A stretch of 40,126 bases of DNA from a candidate division WOR-3 bacterium. GTDB lineage: Bacteria > SDB-A. Of this stretch, positions 35,907 through 40,126 are shown piece after piece. A program made the position numbers and the translations under genes. Within the stretch, counting starts at the first letter, position 1; each line of letters starts with the position of its first letter. The stretch is from the NCBI GenBank assembly GCA_016934535.1, contig JAFGSQ010000070.1, positions 1 through 40,126 on the forward strand. Direction: 5' to 3'. Below the pieces are notes generated by a model. It was not told the origin of the DNA. It did no database searches and saw nothing but the letters and a program-made list of their open reading frames with translations.

Positions 35907-37072
35907 ATCCTCATGAACCTCGTCTTCGTGAGCACTCTGCATGATTTTTCAGTGACGAGGACGTCGTCCTCGAGCCTGCAACCGCCGTGTTTTGTGTGAT
36001 AAACGCCGGGTTCGACGGTAAAAACCATCCCCGGTTCGAGTTTCAGGGGTTTGAATTTCTTGAGCATTTTTTTATCTGAAGGCTTCGAAGCTATTCTTCC
36101 GGGATCGTGGACGTCGAGTCCAATACCGTGGCCGAGAGAATGAGGCATGAACAGATCCGCGTCTTTTATGACTTTGTCGGCAGCCGCCGCAATTTCGTGT
36201 GCGAAAACGCCTGGCTTTATGAGTTTTACGGCCTCGATTTTAGCTTTCTCGACGGTGTCACGCATTTTTTCCTGCTCTTTCGTAAGTTTTCCAAGCGCGA
36301 ACGAAACCGTGACATCGCTTTTGTAACCCTGATATGTCACACCGAAATCGACGAGAGAAAGCCCCGGCTTGGCCAGTTTTCCTTTTCCCGCGCGCGGATG
36401 AGTGTGAATGGACCAAGACCGGTCAGGATTGGCGACTATGGTCTCGAAAGAGACGGCGTCTCCTCCGTATTCGAGAGCTTTTCTCTCGACGAAAAGAGAA
36501 ACGTCTATTTCCCTGAAATCGGGATTTTTTCTGTTTTTTTTCAGAAAAATCTCCAGATCGTTTATTATTTTGTTCGTTATATTGCACGCCTTTTCGAGAA
36601 GTTTGATTTCTCCGGGGGATTTTTGCCTTCTCAGTCTGTAAATAAAGTGATCTCCGGAGTTCTCAGGCTTGTCAAAGACTGTCACTTTGGCAGGTTTTAT
36701 GTAGTTTTTAAGGTGCTTGTACTCAAAATACCCGACGGAACTTTGAAGTTCAAGAGTGAATCTGTCTCCGAGATTTTCCTTCAGGATCGAAGAAAGCGCC
36801 GCATAATAGGACCCGCCTTTTTTATTCAAATCCACTATCTCTTCGACCTCGGAAACTTTTGCGGCCATTATTACATCCCACGGTATGAGTATCCGTTTGC
36901 CGGAAGACAGAATTACCAGCATGGCGTCTTCGGGGTGCCCTGAAAAAAACCTCAGGGATGAGTTGCGGCTGTTTTCAAAATCACCGATTAGATAAGCGTC
37001 AACTTTTTTACTTCTGAGGTGTTCGCAGAATTCAGAGAATTTTTCATCAGTTATTGGAACAAACTTTTTCAT
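35903..37072 (-). CDS. Xaa-Pro aminopeptidase/prolidase (M24B)
   Basis: SFETIV, DFG...GY.SD.T, HSLGHGIGL.VH, TVEPG.Y and R.EDD. Confidence 0.92.
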   Translation of the reverse strand: MKKFVPITDEKFSEFCEHLRSKKVDAYLIGDFENSRNSSLRFFSGHPEDAMLVILSSGKRILIPWDVIMAAKVSEVEEIVDLNKKGGSYYAALSSILKENLGDRFTLELQSSVGYFEYKHLKNYIKPAKVTVFDKPENSGDHFIYRLRRQKSPGEIKLLEKACNITNKIINDLEIFLKKNRKNPDFREIDVSLFVERKALEYGGDAVSFETIVANPDRSWSIHTHPRAGKGKLAKPGLSLVDFGVTYQGYKSDVTVSFALGKLTKEQEKMRDTVEKAKIEAVKLIKPGVFAHEIAAAADKVIKDADLFMPHSLGHGIGLDVHDPGRIASKPSDKKMLKKFKPLKLEPGMVFTVEPGVYHTKHGGCRLEDDVLVTEKSCRVLTKTRFMRI

Positions 37073-37086
37073 TTTTTCTCCGTTTT

Positions 37087-37605
37087 TCAGATTATGAACC
37101 TGACACCAATCTTTCCGTAAACGCCAACGTGCGTTTCGTCTTCGCTGTCGAGCGTGTATGAAGAACCCTGAGCGCCAAGCTCCAGGAACACAGAACTCGT
37201 TCTTGAAAGAGTGTAGTCAAATCCCGCAAGTATCTGCGCTCCGTAAGCGCTCGAAATGTCTCTTCTGTCGTCTTTTATGCACACCCCCATGTGTCCTCCA
37301 AAACCGCCGTAGAATCTCAGGGAAGTCCTATCATTTCCGTAAGCTCTCAACAGAAGGTCAAAAGAAGGATAAAACCAGGCAAATTTTTCGTCGTCTTTAG
37401 CCGTCAGATAAACGGCGGGTCTCAGATAGAAATTCCCCAGAGGGAACAGCATTTCCGCGCCAAATGCCGGAGCGTTTTCGATTACTCCTCCTGAAAAGCC
37501 AAGCGATATCCTGGAGGGCTGTTCCCAGTAATAATCAAGTTCGGGAACAGGTTCGGCAAAAACAGCCAATGGGATGAAAATCGCAAATAATAAAAGTTTC
37601 ATCAC
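37087..37605 (-). CDS. Small secreted outer-membrane beta-barrel-like protein
   Basis: AAGGAGG SD, signal peptide (AVFA), about 8 amphipathic strands, C-terminal GVRF. Confidence 0.7.
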   Translation of the reverse strand: MMKLLLFAIFIPLAVFAEPVPELDYYWEQPSRISLGFSGGVIENAPAFGAEMLFPLGNFYLRPAVYLTAKDDEKFAWFYPSFDLLLRAYGNDRTSLRFYGGFGGHMGVCIKDDRRDISSAYGAQILAGFDYTLSRTSSVFLELGAQGSSYTLDSEDETHVGVYGKIGVRFII

Positions 37606-37652
37606 TGCCTCCTTTTTAGTTTCCCATATAATATATCAGAATAAATCCTATA

Positions 37653-38933
37653 TTACGAAATTCTTTCGGCGTCGAAGACGATTTTTCCGCCGACAAAAAC
37701 TTTTAAGACGCAAACGGGCAAAATAATTCCTTCGAAGGGAGTGTTTTTCGGTTTTCCCTCCAGTTTGTCTTTTTGAATCCTGTTTTTTTTAAAGTTCCAC
37801 ACAGATACGTCCGCCGGCATTCCAGGCAAAAGCCTTCCGAGTTTAAGTCCGAATCTGTCCGCAGGCTTTGTGGTTACAAGCGAGACTGCCTTTTCAAAAC
37901 CGGTTTCGGACGCGACCTTTCCAAAAATAACTCCGCCCAAAGTCTGAAATCCTATGACTCCTTTCGGGACTTCGCTGAGCTCGCGTTTTTTTTCCTCTTC
38001 GGAATGGCCGGCGTGATCTGTTGCGATCATGTCAATGGTTCCGTCTGCGAGACCGGCGAGAATCTCTCTGCGGTCTCTTTCGTTCCTAAGAGGCGGATTC
38101 ATAACTGCGTCGCCCAGGCTTTTCCCAAGCCTCGAACAGGTAAAGTATATGTGATGCGGAGTGGCGTCGGCGCTGACTCGCAGTCCTTTTGCCTTGGCTT
38201 TTCTTATAAGTTCCACTGAAATTTTCGAAGAGACGTGCGTGAAATGAATGCCGGACAAAGTGTTTTCAAGCGCGGCAATGTTTCTTTCTATACATCGCGC
38301 TTCGCTGTTCGGATCTATTCCCTGCACCCGGAAACGCCGGGACCAGAATCCTTCGAGTACGATCCCCGTTCCGGCTGTTCTTTCGTCTTCCGGATGCTGT
38401 ATCAGAACGCGTCCGGCTCCGCATATCCTTTCAGCGGCTTTTCTTATCATGTGGTCTCTGACGGGCATTCCGTCGTCGCTGAAAGCTATCGCTCCAGCTT
38501 CAGACATAGTCTCTATGTCCGTCAGTGTTTTTCCTTTCAGTCCTTTGCTAACGGCACCGACAGGAAAGACCCTGCAGTGAGCTTTTTTATAGATGAGCTC
38601 TTCCAGTTTTCTCAGCCTATCAGGCGTGTCCGTAACGGGTTTCGTGTTCGCCATGGCAAAAGCCGAGGTTATGCCGCCGGAAACCGCCGCCCAAGTAGCA
38701 AAGCGAATGTCGTCTTTGTATGTATATCCAGGCTCCCTCAAATGGGCGTGGACGTCAATGAAACCGGGAGTGACGATACACCCTTCTACTCCTATCACTA
38801 TCGACCCTTTCGCCTTCTTGTACGGCAGAATGTCGGCTATCTTGTCTTTATGTATTACGAGGTCCGAAAGAAATCCGCAGTGGGGAGGGTCGGGGATAAT
38901 AAATCCTCCGGAAAGGACAGTCGTGTCAGCCAT
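37653..38933 (-). CDS. pyrC: Dihydroorotase (type I)
   Basis: PGFIDVHAHLREPG, MANT.P, FSDDG, TPHH, MNPPLR and IATDH; start moved to ATG 38933. Confidence 0.9.
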   Translation of the reverse strand: MADTTVLSGGFIIPDPPHCGFLSDLVIHKDKIADILPYKKAKGSIVIGVEGCIVTPGFIDVHAHLREPGYTYKDDIRFATWAAVSGGITSAFAMANTKPVTDTPDRLRKLEELIYKKAHCRVFPVGAVSKGLKGKTLTDIETMSEAGAIAFSDDGMPVRDHMIRKAAERICGAGRVLIQHPEDERTAGTGIVLEGFWSRRFRVQGIDPNSEARCIERNIAALENTLSGIHFTHVSSKISVELIRKAKAKGLRVSADATPHHIYFTCSRLGKSLGDAVMNPPLRNERDRREILAGLADGTIDMIATDHAGHSEEEKKRELSEVPKGVIGFQTLGGVIFGKVASETGFEKAVSLVTTKPADRFGLKLGRLLPGMPADVSVWNFKKNRIQKDKLEGKPKNTPFEGIILPVCVLKVFVGGKIVFDAERIS

Positions 38934-39471
38934 TGACCATGTCTCTCCAAGCCGTGATTTTCCAAACTGACCCTGACTTGGAAAGATAAAAGACAACTTT
39001 TCCTCTGACAAGTTCTCCGTGAATCACCGGTGGATCAAAAGTATATTCTCTCATGATGACGGCATTAAAAGAATCCGTGTAATAAACTCCCGAACCTATG
39101 AACACAGGCACGACGCTTTCTCCCGTCTCTTTCATTGAAATAAAAATTGCCTCCGTCGAAGTTTTTTCTTCTTCGTATCCCCACTGGTACTGATAGATTC
39201 CCAGGGCCGCAAGATACTGATTGATTCCTTCATCGTCCGGATCAAAATAGAACACGAAATCAGCCGAATCGAGGCAGGAAAGATACAGGTCCAGATCAAG
39301 TATCCTGTAAGAGAGAGTGAGGTTTTGAAGGACCTTTTCAGGAGTGTCCGGATTCACCGGGTCGTCGATTCCTCCAGGCGGCGCCATGAGCGGAGAAAAG
39401 GGATTTACGCATCCATGGGAAAAACACGCCGTCAAAAAAACCGGGAAATAACATGAGATTTTTCTAATCAT
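38926..39471 (-). CDS. Hypothetical lipoprotein (NTF2-like fold suspected)
   Basis: Signal ending SHGC-VNPFSP, 'TPEKVLQNL..SY' and C-terminal WKITAWRD. Confidence 0.7.
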   Translation of the reverse strand: MIRKISCYFPVFLTACFSHGCVNPFSPLMAPPGGIDDPVNPDTPEKVLQNLTLSYRILDLDLYLSCLDSADFVFYFDPDDEGINQYLAALGIYQYQWGYEEEKTSTEAIFISMKETGESVVPVFIGSGVYYTDSFNAVIMREYTFDPPVIHGELVRGKVVFYLSKSGSVWKITAWRDMVNG

Positions 39472-39607
39472 TTAAATCACGGTAGGAATTTTATATTTCC
39501 GTCCACAGAAAAGGCAAGTTGTTTTTTATTTGCTTTTTCCATATATATAGGGAATTATAACTGTCAGAACAATTCTGACGGCTTCTTGAAAAAACATTTT
39601 TTTGCCC

Positions 39608-39636
39608 TTGACAAAAATATCTTTTTTACCTATATT
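39608..39636 (+). promoter_or_regulatory. rRNA operon sigma70 promoter
   Basis: TTGACA (39608-39613) - 17 bp - TATATT (39631-39636). Confidence 0.8.
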
Positions 39637-39650
39637 CTCTTTTGTCTTTT

Positions 39651-39683
39651 TGATCTTTGACAATAGAATAGTGTGTGCGTGGG
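39651..39683 (+). promoter_or_regulatory. rrn leader boxA-like and boxC-like antitermination elements
   Basis: TGATCTTTGACAA (39651-39663) and GTGTGTGCGTGGG (39671-39683), between the promoter and the 16S gene. Confidence 0.65.
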
Positions 39684-39739
39684 AATTCCTATACTTAAAT
39701 TTTCTTTTGCAAGACAAATTCTCTGATTATTGTTTTTTT

Positions 39740-40126
39740 TCTTCGGAGGGTTTGATCCTGGCTCAGGACTAACGCTGGCGGCGTGTCTTAGCCATGCAAG
39801 TCGAACGGAAACCAATCTTGACGCAAGGATGGATTGGTTTTAGTGGCGTAAGGGTGAGTAACACGTGAGTAAACTACCCCCAGGAAGCGGGATAAGCCGG
39901 GGAAACCCGGTCTAATACCCTATGACAACTCTTGAAGGCATCTTCGAGAGTTTAAAGATGGCCTCTGCTTGCAAGCTATCACCTGAGGATGTGCTCGCGC
40001 CCCATTAGCTAGTTGGCGAGGTAACGGCTCACCAAGGCAATGATGGGTAGCCGGCCTGAGAGGGTGAACGGCCACACTGGCACTGAGACACGGGCCAGAC
40101 TCCTACGGGAGGCAGCAGGCTAGAAA
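39740..40126 (+). rRNA. rrs: 16S rRNA, 5' part (to about E. coli position 365); truncated by the window end
   Basis: GTTTGATCCTGGCTCAG, CATGCAAGTCGAACG, GGGTGAGTAACACG and ACTCCTACGGGAGGCAGCAG. Confidence 0.98.

Overview
Gene-dense bacterial chromosomal segment, probably from a deep-branching diderm lineage. This is inferred from the lipoproteins, the beta-barrel-like proteins, a group II GGGP synthase and an atypical 16S 5' domain. Almost all genes lie on the minus strand. In coordinate order: a partial GlmL/MutL-like ATPase, gcvPB, uvrB, envelope genes, a YhaM-like nuclease, infB-nusA, and a surface-polysaccharide cluster (GT4, deacetylase, GNAT, with an inverted Wzx flippase) next to a decayed Nudix gene. 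A ~21 kb tightly packed run follows: tsaB, tsaE, coaX, rplI-rpsR-ssb-rpsF, pth, rplY, prs, tRNA-Gln, ispE, GGGPS, recX-recA-thpR, pilT-like, UbiA/DPPR synthase-like, rsmA, tatD, queE, queC, M24 peptidase and pyrC. On the plus strand are tRNA-Met, a lipoprotein, the flippase and the start of a 16S rRNA gene. No transposase, integrase, prophage or CRISPR array is evident. The most notable observations are: (1) an archaeal-type ether-lipid enzyme (GGGPS) overlapping ispE; (2) archaeal/eukaryal-type signature base pairs in the bacterial 16S; (3) a 31-bp-period hairpin repeat with compensatory changes; (4) a palindromic bidirectional -10 element between two apparently leaderless genes; (5) a probable nusA leader attenuator. 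All calls are from motif recognition by eye; no database searches were run.
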